A stretch of DNA of 64,000 nt from Oopsacas minuta (lineage: Eukaryota > Animalia > Porifera). Of this stretch, positions 19,952-30,519 are shown one piece after another. A program made the translations under genes and the position numbers. Numbering within the stretch: position 1 is the stretch's first letter; each line of letters begins with the position of its first letter. The notes under the pieces are model-generated. The model worked only from the letters and a program-made list of their open reading frames with translations. It was not told where the DNA came from and ran no database searches. The DNA is taken from the NCBI GenBank assembly GCA_024704765.1, contig JAKMXF010000133.1, positions 186,001-250,000 of the forward strand. Reading direction: 5' to 3'.

Positions 19952-21547
19952 TTAGAAACGAAAGAAAGGAAAAGCTTTGCTTCCGAAGAAATTCTCAATT
20001 TCTATCAAATTTTTTTTCCGTGTTTCTGGCAGCAAAATAACCACAAAAATAATCGATAAAATATTAAAAATAAAAAAAGTAGAAAACACTCCAAAACTGT
20101 AAACAAGATCTTTGTAGTAAGGAAAAATAAGAGTTACGATAAACGCCGAAAACCAACTCACAAACACTATAACACCCATCGTCAAATTCTTCCATCTGAC
20201 ATTTGTAATTTCCGCTACGACTATCCAAGGAACAGGCCCCCAACCTAACGCAAATGCGGCGTTAAATATGCAAATAGACGCGATTGCAGTCCATCCTAAC
20301 AGCTGACATTGAATACTATCAACTAGTGCATTTCCGGATAGAGTACAATCCAAGTATAAATTAGGGTAAGTAACGAATACTTCATAAACAGTAAGAATAG
20401 CCATAGAGAATCCCATCCCTATGCTAGCTAGGATTAACAGCTTCTTTCTGCCAATTTTATCCACACATAACGACGCTATAATCGTGAATATTACTTGTAC
20501 TAAAGCAGGAGGAATTGACGCGACATTCCCACTCAATTCGTATTTTAGTAAAGAAGTCTGTAAGATCGAAGATTCATAGAATACGAGTGCATTAATCCCG
20601 GTGAATTGTTGAAAGAACATAATCCCACACCCTACCAGACAGGGCGCGAATACTTCAGGTAATAGGAGCGTTCTAATCTGATTAGGCCCTATATACCTAA
20701 CACGGCCTACTACTTGTGATATCTCGATACTGGCCTCATTGCTATACCCCCAATAATAAGAGAATACTTTATAAGCCTTAGCGTGTAGGGATTTAAAAAG
20801 GAGCCAGTAAGGAGAAGGGTAAAGATAGAACAATAGGATAGATTGGATGGTAATAACTAGTACGATAAAGAGAGCAAGGTACACGTAGTTATCAGCTGAT
20901 AGGTATCTGGTATCCTTGATTATTCCGTGATGAGTTAGAGTACCTAAACAGGCCCCGAGGGAATAGACTACAAGAATTCCTAATGCGATGAAAAACTGGA
21001 AAAATGAACAGTAAAATCCGCGATATTTTGGGGGAGATATTTCGGCGAGATAAGTTGGAGTGACAGTCGTACAAATCCCCATTCCCAGTCCTGAGACCAC
21101 GCGGCCCGCTATTAAACTATACGGATTCTTGGGTACAATAGCGATTAGGAGCCAGCCGATCTGGAATAAAATCAAACTTAGATAAAGTGAGAATTTTCTA
21201 CCTAACCGATTCAGGGTAGCTAGCGTAAGGAGGGAGCCTATCGCTCCTCCGAGGTTATAAAGAGAGGAGAATAATGGAAAAATTATCGCGTTAAGAGGAC
21301 TTTTGGACAGATCAGCACTAGCAGGTGATGAATACCCCAACCCGTAGCCTACAATAAGACCACCTAGAGACAAAACTAGAGTTGATGAAATGCCAATACA
21401 GAAGCGCTTCGATTTATTCTCTTCTGGGATCGAAATAGTTTGTGAGAATGATGCTCCGGTTATATCGGAGAGAGGATTAGAACTGGCATGATTCCTCCTG
21501 AAACTAGAGCTATTAGAGTGGAGTAACGGACTGTATTCTTGTAGCAT
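19952..21547 (-). CDS. MFS sugar transporter, GLUT6/GLUT8/Tret1-like
   Basis: RLGRK loop, YLAEISPPKYRG, FFQQFTGINALVFY, GWGPVPW and LPETR; N-terminal EYSPLL dileucine motif. Likely ATG at 21547 rather than the ORF-track start. Confidence 0.88.
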   Translation of the reverse strand: MLQEYSPLLHSNSSSFRRNHASSNPLSDITGASFSQTISIPEENKSKRFCIGISSTLVLSLGGLIVGYGLGYSSPASADLSKSPLNAIIFPLFSSLYNLGGAIGSLLTLATLNRLGRKFSLYLSLILFQIGWLLIAIVPKNPYSLIAGRVVSGLGMGICTTVTPTYLAEISPPKYRGFYCSFFQFFIALGILVVYSLGACLGTLTHHGIIKDTRYLSADNYVYLALFIVLVITIQSILLFYLYPSPYWLLFKSLHAKAYKVFSYYWGYSNEASIEISQVVGRVRYIGPNQIRTLLLPEVFAPCLVGCGIMFFQQFTGINALVFYESSILQTSLLKYELSGNVASIPPALVQVIFTIIASLCVDKIGRKKLLILASIGMGFSMAILTVYEVFVTYPNLYLDCTLSGNALVDSIQCQLLGWTAIASICIFNAAFALGWGPVPWIVVAEITNVRWKNLTMGVIVFVSWFSAFIVTLIFPYYKDLVYSFGVFSTFFIFNILSIIFVVILLPETRKKNLIEIENFFGSKAFPFFRF

Positions 21548-21970
21548 ATTAACTAAACTAGAATATATTAACACTTGTATATTAATACAACCAAGTTTTA
21601 TATTTAAGAATTGAATGGAATATTTTACAGTGCACTGACCCGTTGAAGCTAGGATTAAAATCAATCTGTCGCGGCATATTTTTCAATTAAGCTTTGAAAA
21701 TTATTTTTCTGTATTTATACTATTTGTTGATGTGACTATTGAGAACAACAACATAAGGTCGAATCCTATTGGTCATATAATCATACGAGGTAAACCTCAA
21801 ATCTGATAGGTTGTCAGTTTTGAGGTTTCGCGGATTTTAACACATTGGAGATATTAGCCACATTTTGTAGCTCTCACTAGTTCCTCAATAAACTCGTAAA
21901 CATAAACAAATTACCATATGAATAATCTATTTGTCATCTAATCACTACAATCTAACAAACTATCATTAAA

Positions 21971-24151
21971 CTAGACAACAGGTCCATCGTCTTGTCCAGA
22001 TCTAGACAGCGACAAATTCCTAAAATGTTCCAAGAGGTTCGGTAAATTATACGTCTTGAAATCCTGTCTATCTCTCATCCTTACGCTAACCGTATTATTC
22101 GTTAATTCCTTCTCTCCTACAACTAATATATAGTTAAACTGGGATAGCTGAGCATCTCTAATCTTCTTATTCATCTTATCGTCACCAATATCAGACTCTA
22201 CCATGAACCCAGCTGATCGTATCGCCCCCTCTACTTCTATAGCTTTATCATTATAGTTAGGGACTACGGGGATTATCATTACTTGACGAGGAGACAGCCA
22301 GAAGGGCCATTTTCCGGCAAAGTTCTCAGTTAACACAGCCATCATTCTCTCGACGGATCCTAGAATGGCTCGATGGATCATAACTGGTCTCTTGTGCTCA
22401 TTTGCACCTGACACATATGTGAGATTGAACCTCTCTGGTCCCTGGAAGTCTAGCTGTATCGTAGCGCATTGATGAGACCTCTTTATCGCGTCCTGGAGAG
22501 TTATGTCAATCTTTGGTCCGTAAAAAGCTCCGTCCCCAGGATTGAACTCCCAGGGCTCTCCGAACTGATCCAACACTCCCCTGAGCTCGTCCTCTGCCCG
22601 GTCCCATACGGACAATTCCCCGATATACTTGTCAGGCCGTGTGCTTAGTTTCAATTGGAAAGAGAAACCGAAGACTGTGTAAACAGTTTTTAAGAAGTCT
22701 AATACTCCTGTAATCTCATCTTGTACCTGATCCATGGTACAAAATATGTGTGCATCATCCTGCTGGAACCGTCTGACACGAGTTAGACCCGTGAGACTCC
22801 CAGAAACTTCGTTTCGATGCAAGACCCCGAAATCTGCCATTCTGAGGGGTAGTTCTCTCCAGGATCGAGGTCGGAGATCAAACATGAGACAGTGACCAGG
22901 ACAATTCATCGGTTTGAGTGCAAAATTCTCTTTTTCAACTTCAAATAAAAACAAATTATCTTTATAGTGCTCCCAGTGTCCGCTAGTTTTCCATAACTTA
23001 GCATTATACATGTTAGGTGTTATAACTTCTTGATAACCTCTCTTCCAATATTCCTCCTTTATGAATTCTATTAAACGATTGTAGATGATAGCACCCTTAG
23101 GGAGGAAGAAACAGGACCCGGGGGATAAGTCGTGGAAAAAGAACAACTCCTGCTCTCGTCCGATCTTCCTGTGATCACGTTTGGCCGCCTCTTCTTGGAA
23201 ATGCTTCCATTCTTTGAAAAGTTTGGAGTTCGGAAACGAAACTCCGTAAATTCTCTGGAGTGACTCAGCCTCGGATTTCCCCTCCCAATAGGAGGATGAA
23301 TTCTTAGTCAGAGACAGAGCCTTAATCTTACCGGTGTTTGTAATGTGAGGCCCCCGACAGAGATCTATGAAAGGACCATTCCTGTAGATGGTGGTGGAAG
23401 AGGTTTTAACTTTCTCGTTAATAATTCTACATTTGAACTCATTATAGCCGAACAATTCTAGTAAAGTTTCCTTCTTAACTTCCAAGCGTTCAAATTGTTG
23501 TTTTTGTTTACAAATGCCATTCATAATATCCTCTAATTTCGGAAATTCATTGCTGGAGACTTGTTTACCGGTCATAAACATGTCATAGAAGAATCCGTCG
23601 TCAATAGGGGGTCCATAACACAGGAGACCGCCGTAGAATAACTCCATTGCCTGCCCGAGGACATGAGCAGTGCTATGCCAAAATACTTCTTGACCCTTCG
23701 TGTCTTCGAATTTTAGAATTTCTAGTTTATCGACGTCATTTTCTAAGGGTCTCGTCAGGTCCCAGAGGACGCCGTCTACTCGGGAGATCACCGCGTGGTC
23801 CGCTAGTCCCTGGCTGATCCCCTGTGCCACACTGAGAGGGGAGGTTACCCAAGACTCTCCCTCTATCTTAGCACCGTCAGGGAGGGTTATAACTATCTTT
23901 TGCGGGACTTTTGTTTTCATAAAAGTTTCATTGTCCGCACGTAATCTGGCGTAGAATTTATCTCTGGGGATTATGTAGTCGGGGGGAGGGGGGAGGAGGG
24001 TCTGAGGGGTCTGATTAGCACCCTGGGGGTCTGCCTTTGACACCTCACTCGGAGCTTGAGCACCCCCGTTTTGTGAAGAAGTAACTGACATAAATTTGAG
24101 AGAATTGAGTTTGGAAATAAAATTATTTATCCTAAAACACCTAATAGACAT
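21971..24151 (-). CDS. TARS1: Threonyl-tRNA synthetase, intronless
   Basis: TGS domain, [45 protein letters not shown] and [10 protein letters not shown]. Confidence 0.97.
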   Translation of the reverse strand: MSIRCFRINNFISKLNSLKFMSVTSSQNGGAQAPSEVSKADPQGANQTPQTLLPPPPDYIIPRDKFYARLRADNETFMKTKVPQKIVITLPDGAKIEGESWVTSPLSVAQGISQGLADHAVISRVDGVLWDLTRPLENDVDKLEILKFEDTKGQEVFWHSTAHVLGQAMELFYGGLLCYGPPIDDGFFYDMFMTGKQVSSNEFPKLEDIMNGICKQKQQFERLEVKKETLLELFGYNEFKCRIINEKVKTSSTTIYRNGPFIDLCRGPHITNTGKIKALSLTKNSSSYWEGKSEAESLQRIYGVSFPNSKLFKEWKHFQEEAAKRDHRKIGREQELFFFHDLSPGSCFFLPKGAIIYNRLIEFIKEEYWKRGYQEVITPNMYNAKLWKTSGHWEHYKDNLFLFEVEKENFALKPMNCPGHCLMFDLRPRSWRELPLRMADFGVLHRNEVSGSLTGLTRVRRFQQDDAHIFCTMDQVQDEITGVLDFLKTVYTVFGFSFQLKLSTRPDKYIGELSVWDRAEDELRGVLDQFGEPWEFNPGDGAFYGPKIDITLQDAIKRSHQCATIQLDFQGPERFNLTYVSGANEHKRPVMIHRAILGSVERMMAVLTENFAGKWPFWLSPRQVMIIPVVPNYNDKAIEVEGAIRSAGFMVESDIGDDKMNKKIRDAQLSQFNYILVVGEKELTNNTVSVRMRDRQDFKTYNLPNLLEHFRNLSLSRSGQDDGPVV

Positions 24152-24327
24152 TAACTATAATATGGATTTTCAATCGGTAAAGTGGCATATAAAGTGGCAT
24201 AAAGTGGCACACGAATATCCTTAGAGAAGATTGAGCTCAATATTTACTCGAAAGTCAGATTTAAATGAATCTGTAAGCAAACATATTTGAGTGAATAAAG
24301 AATAGCACAAATATGTGATTATTACAG

Positions 24328-26244
24328 CTACAATTTGAAGGGAGTACTCTGGTTAAGTGGACTATCATGAGGTGTTTGTAACACCATTATAGCATTTTGT
24401 ATTTCTACCAGACTAGATTCAGATAACAGAGTTACAGGATATGTAGATATCTTTACTATCTTGCCTAGGAGGGTGTTTAGAAATGAGTTGGGGGATAATG
24501 GGGCGTAGACTCGCAATAATTGGACCAACCTCAGGAAAACAGGAGGGGCATAGAGGATGCTGGAGGCGGAGGCAGTCTCGTCGGCTATGCGGTAGAGGAG
24601 ACATTTTCTATTTAGCTTAGGGTGTGTGTTATACTTACAATACTGACATAATTCACAATTTTCTAACACTTCAGGCGTCAGGTATGATGAGAGAAATACT
24701 TCTATCGGTCCAGGACTAAGCTTTAAAGTTTTGACCTCATTACGAACTAGTATTTCATTATTTAGATCAGAAGATTCAGAGATAAGATCGGAATCTTGTG
24801 ACACTGGGACATAAGCAGACTTAGAACTCTCCGACATGACACTTAAATAATTAGTAGAAGTAGAACTATGCGATTGAAGTGATAAATTGTCTGGATGGAA
24901 TTCATCAACATTCTTAAGTTGGATAGACACATTTAAACTTTGATATTTCGAGCTAGTTATTTCGCTATACGATTCAGGTACCTCTGCACAAGTTCCTTCC
25001 GGTCTTATCGATGAGAATTCAACAGCTAATGGACGCTTTACCTTCTTATTATTGTCTCTATTTTTAGATTGATAAACGTTTGTGAGATTAGGAGTACCAA
25101 CGAACATTATTCCGTTAGGTGTCGAACTTGAAAATGTTGAAAATATGTTTTCGTGCAAAATAATAGTTTGAATTTTCTGTAGCAACGAAACAGCACAATT
25201 CACTGAAGATGGAATGCATTTCTTTAAAAGGGGAAAACGTCCGGACCGTAGGAGCTCGATCAAAAATAACATCCCACGACACTCAAACGGTGAGAAATGC
25301 GGTAACATATCCTGATTGTCCTCCAGGGAAAATCCGTCCTCTTTGGTAGTAAGCATCGTATCTTGAAAACTGGACAAATAAGCCTGCAAGACTAACCAAT
25401 GAGAAATAACGAAAGGTGATACACTATCAGATCCATCTAAGTAAACATCTTTATACAAATGCCAAACACCTATTTGTGTCTCTATGGCATAACTATGAAA
25501 GAATTCTCCTCCGTACTCAATTGTATTTTGCTCACGTTTGATTATGTATATCCACCCAGCTGGTATGAAAACTGCTTGGCTCCTATGCACACGAACTTCT
25601 GTCGAATCTGTATGAAACAAATGAAGCAAAGCCTCATCCTCGTTATCTAGGAATTCCCGAAAAGCAGAAACATTCTCAGGGGTGGGAGCCAGAAGGTGCG
25701 CTATTATATTACCCCTTAGACATATAATCCATTTGGTAGCGGGCTCGCAAAACGGCTGATGGAGCTGTTCGTCCGTAGGGGTTATGGTATACAGCATGTA
25801 ATGCACTAAAGGGATCTGTGTCCAATCATGAATGATGTATTCTAGTTTCTGATCGAACAAATAATACCAGCTCAGCTGTTTTACAATATTTGGCGCGTTA
25901 GCTTCACCATAAATAGCAGCTAAACGCGAGCAGATCTCATCTTCAATCTTCCCTCCTACTCTAATACGATTTTTTATTTGACTGGTATAACTAATGACAG
26001 GTTTACAGTTATGCTGATAAAGAACAGAGCACAGGTTAATGCCAGGATCTTTACATATCGAGTCTGTGTATTGCAACAAGAATCTTACACTATTCCCGCT
26101 GAATGTATTAGAAACAAATTCCCTGTTGTTTTGGTGTCTTTTAAGTTCAATACGAACAACAATCGGGATAGATAGACCTGTTACTTGTATGTCTTGCATA
26201 CGTAGGTCATCTACTAGCTCTGCTCCTCTATTAACTACTGACAT
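24328..26244 (-). CDS. Divergent JmjC-domain protein (KDM2/KDM7-like) with degenerate metal ligands
   Basis: SQAVFIPAGWIYII...YGGEFFHSYAIETQI resembles KDM2/7 GQTLFIPTGWIHAV...FGGNFLHSLNI; CELCQYCK half-CXXC near the C-terminus. Confidence 0.65.
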   Translation of the reverse strand: MSVVNRGAELVDDLRMQDIQVTGLSIPIVVRIELKRHQNNREFVSNTFSGNSVRFLLQYTDSICKDPGINLCSVLYQHNCKPVISYTSQIKNRIRVGGKIEDEICSRLAAIYGEANAPNIVKQLSWYYLFDQKLEYIIHDWTQIPLVHYMLYTITPTDEQLHQPFCEPATKWIICLRGNIIAHLLAPTPENVSAFREFLDNEDEALLHLFHTDSTEVRVHRSQAVFIPAGWIYIIKREQNTIEYGGEFFHSYAIETQIGVWHLYKDVYLDGSDSVSPFVISHWLVLQAYLSSFQDTMLTTKEDGFSLEDNQDMLPHFSPFECRGMLFLIELLRSGRFPLLKKCIPSSVNCAVSLLQKIQTIILHENIFSTFSSSTPNGIMFVGTPNLTNVYQSKNRDNNKKVKRPLAVEFSSIRPEGTCAEVPESYSEITSSKYQSLNVSIQLKNVDEFHPDNLSLQSHSSTSTNYLSVMSESSKSAYVPVSQDSDLISESSDLNNEILVRNEVKTLKLSPGPIEVFLSSYLTPEVLENCELCQYCKYNTHPKLNRKCLLYRIADETASASSILYAPPVFLRLVQLLRVYAPLSPNSFLNTLLGKIVKISTYPVTLLSESSLVEIQNAIMVLQTPHDSPLNQSTPFKL

Positions 26245-26708
26245 CTACAACATATTAATTATTAGGAAGTTTAACCTCGCGGTTACAAACCTTCTTCACT
26301 CGTAGACCCACTATACAAATTTTGAGATCCTATGAACTCCAGGTTGGGAACTGACATCCCTTTATATCAATTTATCATATTTACACTTTAGTGTCTCAAA
26401 CTGACACTCGCAATAACCTTGAAAAGTCATAAAAATAAGGAAATAGAAATGATTCAACTCTAACTCAAGAATAACGCAATGAAATAGTTTCACACAATAA
26501 TGCTCTGTAATAGAATTCTAAAATTTCCGGATTAGTCACCATAATCGATAAAATAACCCCGAGAGAAGTTATCAGGGACAGATCTCCCAATTGACATTTG
26601 ATACCATAATGATAATATCCATAAGGATGTAATACGAATATAATTCTGTGTAAGTATTGCAATATTTGAATGTATAAATATTCACTTGTTAGGAAATATA
26701 ATTAGTAA

Positions 26709-29072
26709 ATGGCACAATTAATTCAATCTGGGTATCTCTATAAAACACCTCCAAAGGATAAATTCAAAAACAAGTTCGCGGATAAATGGAGATTAAGATG
26801 GTTCAAACTCTTGGATAACAAAAAATTTACATACTATGAGGACTGCAATTCCGCCAAGCCGAAGGGGGAGATCCCTCTAGATGAAGTAGAGATCGATGAT
26901 ATAAGACATACGCTAAATATAGAAAAGAGGGACTGGGTTATCTCAATTAACGTAGCGTCACAAAACAGAGAATACTTTCTAGGTGCAAATAATAAGGAAA
27001 GTATGATGAGTTGGTTTCAATCTTTGAAGCAAGTTTTAAAAGTAGACTACATACTCGCGACAGAGGTAGCTTCAACTAATATATTAAGTCATGATAATAT
27101 TACGTCCTACAGTGATTCATTGAAGAGGGTGGAGACTACCGGGTCTGCGAGGTATATAGAATTGTTAGGTTCTAAACTTGAACGAATTGAGACGGAGGAA
27201 TCTACTACTATTGGGCCTGTCGATGAGACAAATGAATTGGAGAGGGAGTTAATACCGAAGAGAGATAGCAAAGTCTCTCCTTACGCGATGTATGATCTGG
27301 ATACGCCAGATAATAACGATCTTGTTGACCAGGACAACCAAGTAGAGGGAAACGAAGATTTCTATATGCCAATGAACTTGGTAAACTCAATCCCAGTTGA
27401 TGAGATGGAAGACAATTCAGATATGTTAAAAAACCCAGCAGTTCTAACCAAAGACCCAAATATGAGTTATAATCGGAGCAATTATAATGAGAACTACACA
27501 CAGAGACATGAACAAGAACAAACATATGATGAAAATGAGATTCCACAGAATCAAGCAAGCCCGCAACGTCCCGATTATTTCGACTTTGAAATATCAGAAC
27601 AACGAGAAAATAAAGAATTGAATTTTGAGAGAGAGGAAGTACAAAATAAGACAAGTTACGGATCAGACATTTATGAAACAATGAGTTCACCACAAGCTGA
27701 TGAACCTGAGATTATAAACACTTACGATCACCTGGAAGATGCACACGAACATGTGAAAGCAATAATGTTAAAATTGGAAACCGAGAAATTGGAGAACAGA
27801 GAAGCGAAGAGAGCTATCTCAAAGGTATATGATGACGTAATACCCTATAAGATAAAGCCCGGAAGCACGAGTGACGTCACGAGTTCGATCCCCGTCCGTG
27901 TCATGCGATCTTTCACAGAAATTGAAACCGAGGATGTCTTTGAACCCCCAATACTCCCTCCAAAAGCCTCGGGGCTAGCGACACTAGATGAACTTCGAAA
28001 ATCGATATACGGGAACTTCACAAACCTTTTAGAACGTTACTGGATAATGTATATATTTCTACCCAACAAGTACGTAACGAAAGAACTTGTAAGTATTGAG
28101 GCCCCAGTGGAGAATCTACTCAAGAAACTAGCCAAATTATTTTTAAGGCAAAAAGACCTGCACGACTTTAATCTATATCTCGTATCAGATGTCCATCAGA
28201 CGTACGAGTGTAACAAGAAGATTGAAAAGGAATTCGTTAAGAATGACAGAACTCACAGAAGGCTGAATAATGAAATGTCATTTTCGAAACAAGGAATAAA
28301 CTCCTCAAAATTACTTCAACTAATTTCAATAAAAGAAATAGACAAGAGGGTATTTAGTGATTATCTGAGGGAGAAAACAGAAATGAGTGTCACACGGAGG
28401 TTCTGTGAGACCTGGATCCCATTCGTTAGAGGCTACTTCTCAATCCCTGATCTCCGTGAGGTAGCGTCACTTGGCGGTTATATACACTATATCTACCAAA
28501 CTACTTTCCAATCCAAAAACATCAGTCATGATATCTTCTTGCCTAGATACGTGAGGGATATCCCGGAATGCGTTAAAAAGTGTCGGGACCAATCGATTGC
28601 ACTCAAGGATACACCCATTGAGACGGTTTGTATCAATTTTATGAAACGAATGGCCGTATGGCCAACGGCGAACACACTCGCCTTTCCTATAAAACGAATC
28701 GGCAAGGGAGTACTCCTTAGCAAACAATCTGACTTCCTGATAGTATTCGCGAATGATCATATCGGTGTGGTGAAAGCAGACAAAAATATGGATTACAGTA
28801 ATTTCGTGTATTGGTGGCATAAACTTGATATAGCAGGCTTCAATGTAAACATGCAAAAGGATGTTCTGACCATTAAGTTAACAAAACCAATTGATGAAGG
28901 GAGCAATGAATTTCTAATAAAATCACCAATGAATAAGATACTTTGTCAGCTTTTAGAGAACTTTTTCACAGAAAAAACGCAAACTTTGACGAAACGCGTT
29001 TCACTGGGAGCAATGTCTGGTAATGTTATTGGTAAGGAATTACCGGAAACTCCGAACGAAATGAATATGTAA
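26709..29072 (+). CDS. Adaptor with a Gab-type N-terminal PH domain, Tyr-rich linker and FERM-like C-terminus; intronless
   Basis: SGYLYKTPPKDKFKNKFADKWRLRWFKL...REYFLGANNKESMMSWFQSL is a PH domain; the C-terminal ~350 aa look like ubiquitin-like, helical and PTB/PH-like lobes. Confidence 0.75.
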   Translation: MAQLIQSGYLYKTPPKDKFKNKFADKWRLRWFKLLDNKKFTYYEDCNSAKPKGEIPLDEVEIDDIRHTLNIEKRDWVISINVASQNREYFLGANNKESMMSWFQSLKQVLKVDYILATEVASTNILSHDNITSYSDSLKRVETTGSARYIELLGSKLERIETEESTTIGPVDETNELERELIPKRDSKVSPYAMYDLDTPDNNDLVDQDNQVEGNEDFYMPMNLVNSIPVDEMEDNSDMLKNPAVLTKDPNMSYNRSNYNENYTQRHEQEQTYDENEIPQNQASPQRPDYFDFEISEQRENKELNFEREEVQNKTSYGSDIYETMSSPQADEPEIINTYDHLEDAHEHVKAIMLKLETEKLENREAKRAISKVYDDVIPYKIKPGSTSDVTSSIPVRVMRSFTEIETEDVFEPPILPPKASGLATLDELRKSIYGNFTNLLERYWIMYIFLPNKYVTKELVSIEAPVENLLKKLAKLFLRQKDLHDFNLYLVSDVHQTYECNKKIEKEFVKNDRTHRRLNNEMSFSKQGINSSKLLQLISIKEIDKRVFSDYLREKTEMSVTRRFCETWIPFVRGYFSIPDLREVASLGGYIHYIYQTTFQSKNISHDIFLPRYVRDIPECVKKCRDQSIALKDTPIETVCINFMKRMAVWPTANTLAFPIKRIGKGVLLSKQSDFLIVFANDHIGVVKADKNMDYSNFVYWWHKLDIAGFNVNMQKDVLTIKLTKPIDEGSNEFLIKSPMNKILCQLLENFFTEKTQTLTKRVSLGAMSGNVIGKELPETPNEMNM

Positions 29073-29350
29073 ATAACAGAGTTGAGTTGTGTTAAACTTG
29101 ATTTATACTAATCGTTCTTTTGTTATTTTTGTATATTTTGCAATGAGCGCTAATTGTATAAAGAATATTATAAATAGGGGGGGGAGAGAGACCATGGGGG
29201 AATGGGTTGTGGGATAAGGTTCAAATGGGTCATGAATCATCAGTGGCCAGCGCTCCAGTCTGGTAGGGCAGGGGCAGTTCCAAGGGCGGAAATGCATAAA
29301 TAATTTGAATGTAGTTATTACTAACGGAAATATACAGAAATGAATGAATA

Positions 29351-30358
29351 TTATATTTCTATTCTCTTCAAACTTTTCAAACGCTTTTTGAATAACTCTA
29401 CTGCCCATGAGTACAGCTGTATGTCTAGATAGTTTATCTCTTCAATCTCTTTTAACTCTTGAATTGTAAATGCAAGTTTCCTGTTTTCTTTTAAGGTAGG
29501 AATTTCCATAAACTTTACAGAAAATATAGACTCAAACAGCTGATAAGATTCCTTGAGGAATTCAAAAATACCGAAATAGGTGAATTCCTCCAAATTACGT
29601 TTAGCCGTTTCTAAAATGATCGATTCCTTGGCCGCCTGAGTTATAGTATAATTCAATTCACACTTAATATTGTAATATCCAGCTAGCATATACGTCATGC
29701 GGTTAATAGCGGGATTATAAGTACAATTCATAAATTCCTGTAAAGTAAGATTCCCCAAGTCTTTACTGAAAAATCGACATTTTGGGGATGTTTGTGTTTG
29801 TGAGATCACTATAGATTCTCTTGAACAATCTATCTCATAAACAGGCCAATTAGCACCACGTTTTACATGCAAATATTCACTTAGAAATCTGCTAACTGGA
29901 TGGCGTAATGATGTTACAAAGAAGAGATTCTTATCTTTACCTAATTTCATTCTAGCACAGGTTTTAAGAGTTATAAAGTCCGCATGGACACCGCAAGGCC
30001 AGCCAACAGTACGTCTTGTGAATATCCAATTTTCTACAGAACCTGACTTGTAACAGTGATAATGTCTCCAAACAAATTTTGACTTTTTACTTGAATATAA
30101 TTTCTCGCCAGCACACGAATAATTACTGATATTATTCACAAGCTTATCTTCAAAGAAACTGCCCGCTGTTTTCTGGATATGAAAGAATACGATTATATCT
30201 CCTGGATGTGTTATATTGTACCCAGGCGGGACGTTACCATTCCGTAATTGTATCATATTCAAATCAAACTGTGTGTATTTTGTGATATACAAAACCATCA
30301 GTATATTCACCGATATGATTATGATGAAAAATATCAACAAATTTCTATTTTGATTCAT
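29351..30358 (-). CDS. HS6ST: Heparan-sulfate 6-O-sulfotransferase
   Basis: Type II TM, IVFFHIQKTAGS (5'-PSB), WIFTRRTVGWPCGVHADF, TSLRHPVSRFLSEYLHVKRGANW and NPAINRMTYMLA. Likely ATG at 30358. Confidence 0.93.
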   Translation of the reverse strand: MNQNRNLLIFFIIIISVNILMVLYITKYTQFDLNMIQLRNGNVPPGYNITHPGDIIVFFHIQKTAGSFFEDKLVNNISNYSCAGEKLYSSKKSKFVWRHYHCYKSGSVENWIFTRRTVGWPCGVHADFITLKTCARMKLGKDKNLFFVTSLRHPVSRFLSEYLHVKRGANWPVYEIDCSRESIVISQTQTSPKCRFFSKDLGNLTLQEFMNCTYNPAINRMTYMLAGYYNIKCELNYTITQAAKESIILETAKRNLEEFTYFGIFEFLKESYQLFESIFSVKFMEIPTLKENRKLAFTIQELKEIEEINYLDIQLYSWAVELFKKRLKSLKRIEI

Positions 30359-30519
30359 TGCTAACTCATTTCTAAGAATAAATGTACGATATACATTAGA
30401 TGCTTTAACATATGAGGGTGCAAATATGGACAAACACCCACCTTTCCTATAAGTAAATAACAACAAATAAGTGACAGAGTTATTAGAAAGATTGCAATAG
30501 TTATACATACACCAGTTAC

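Noticed and set aside
8485-30358. Heparan-sulfate gene cluster (HPSE plus HS6ST)
   Set aside because: The genes are about 19 kb apart and separated by nine unrelated genes; chance is adequate at this gene density.
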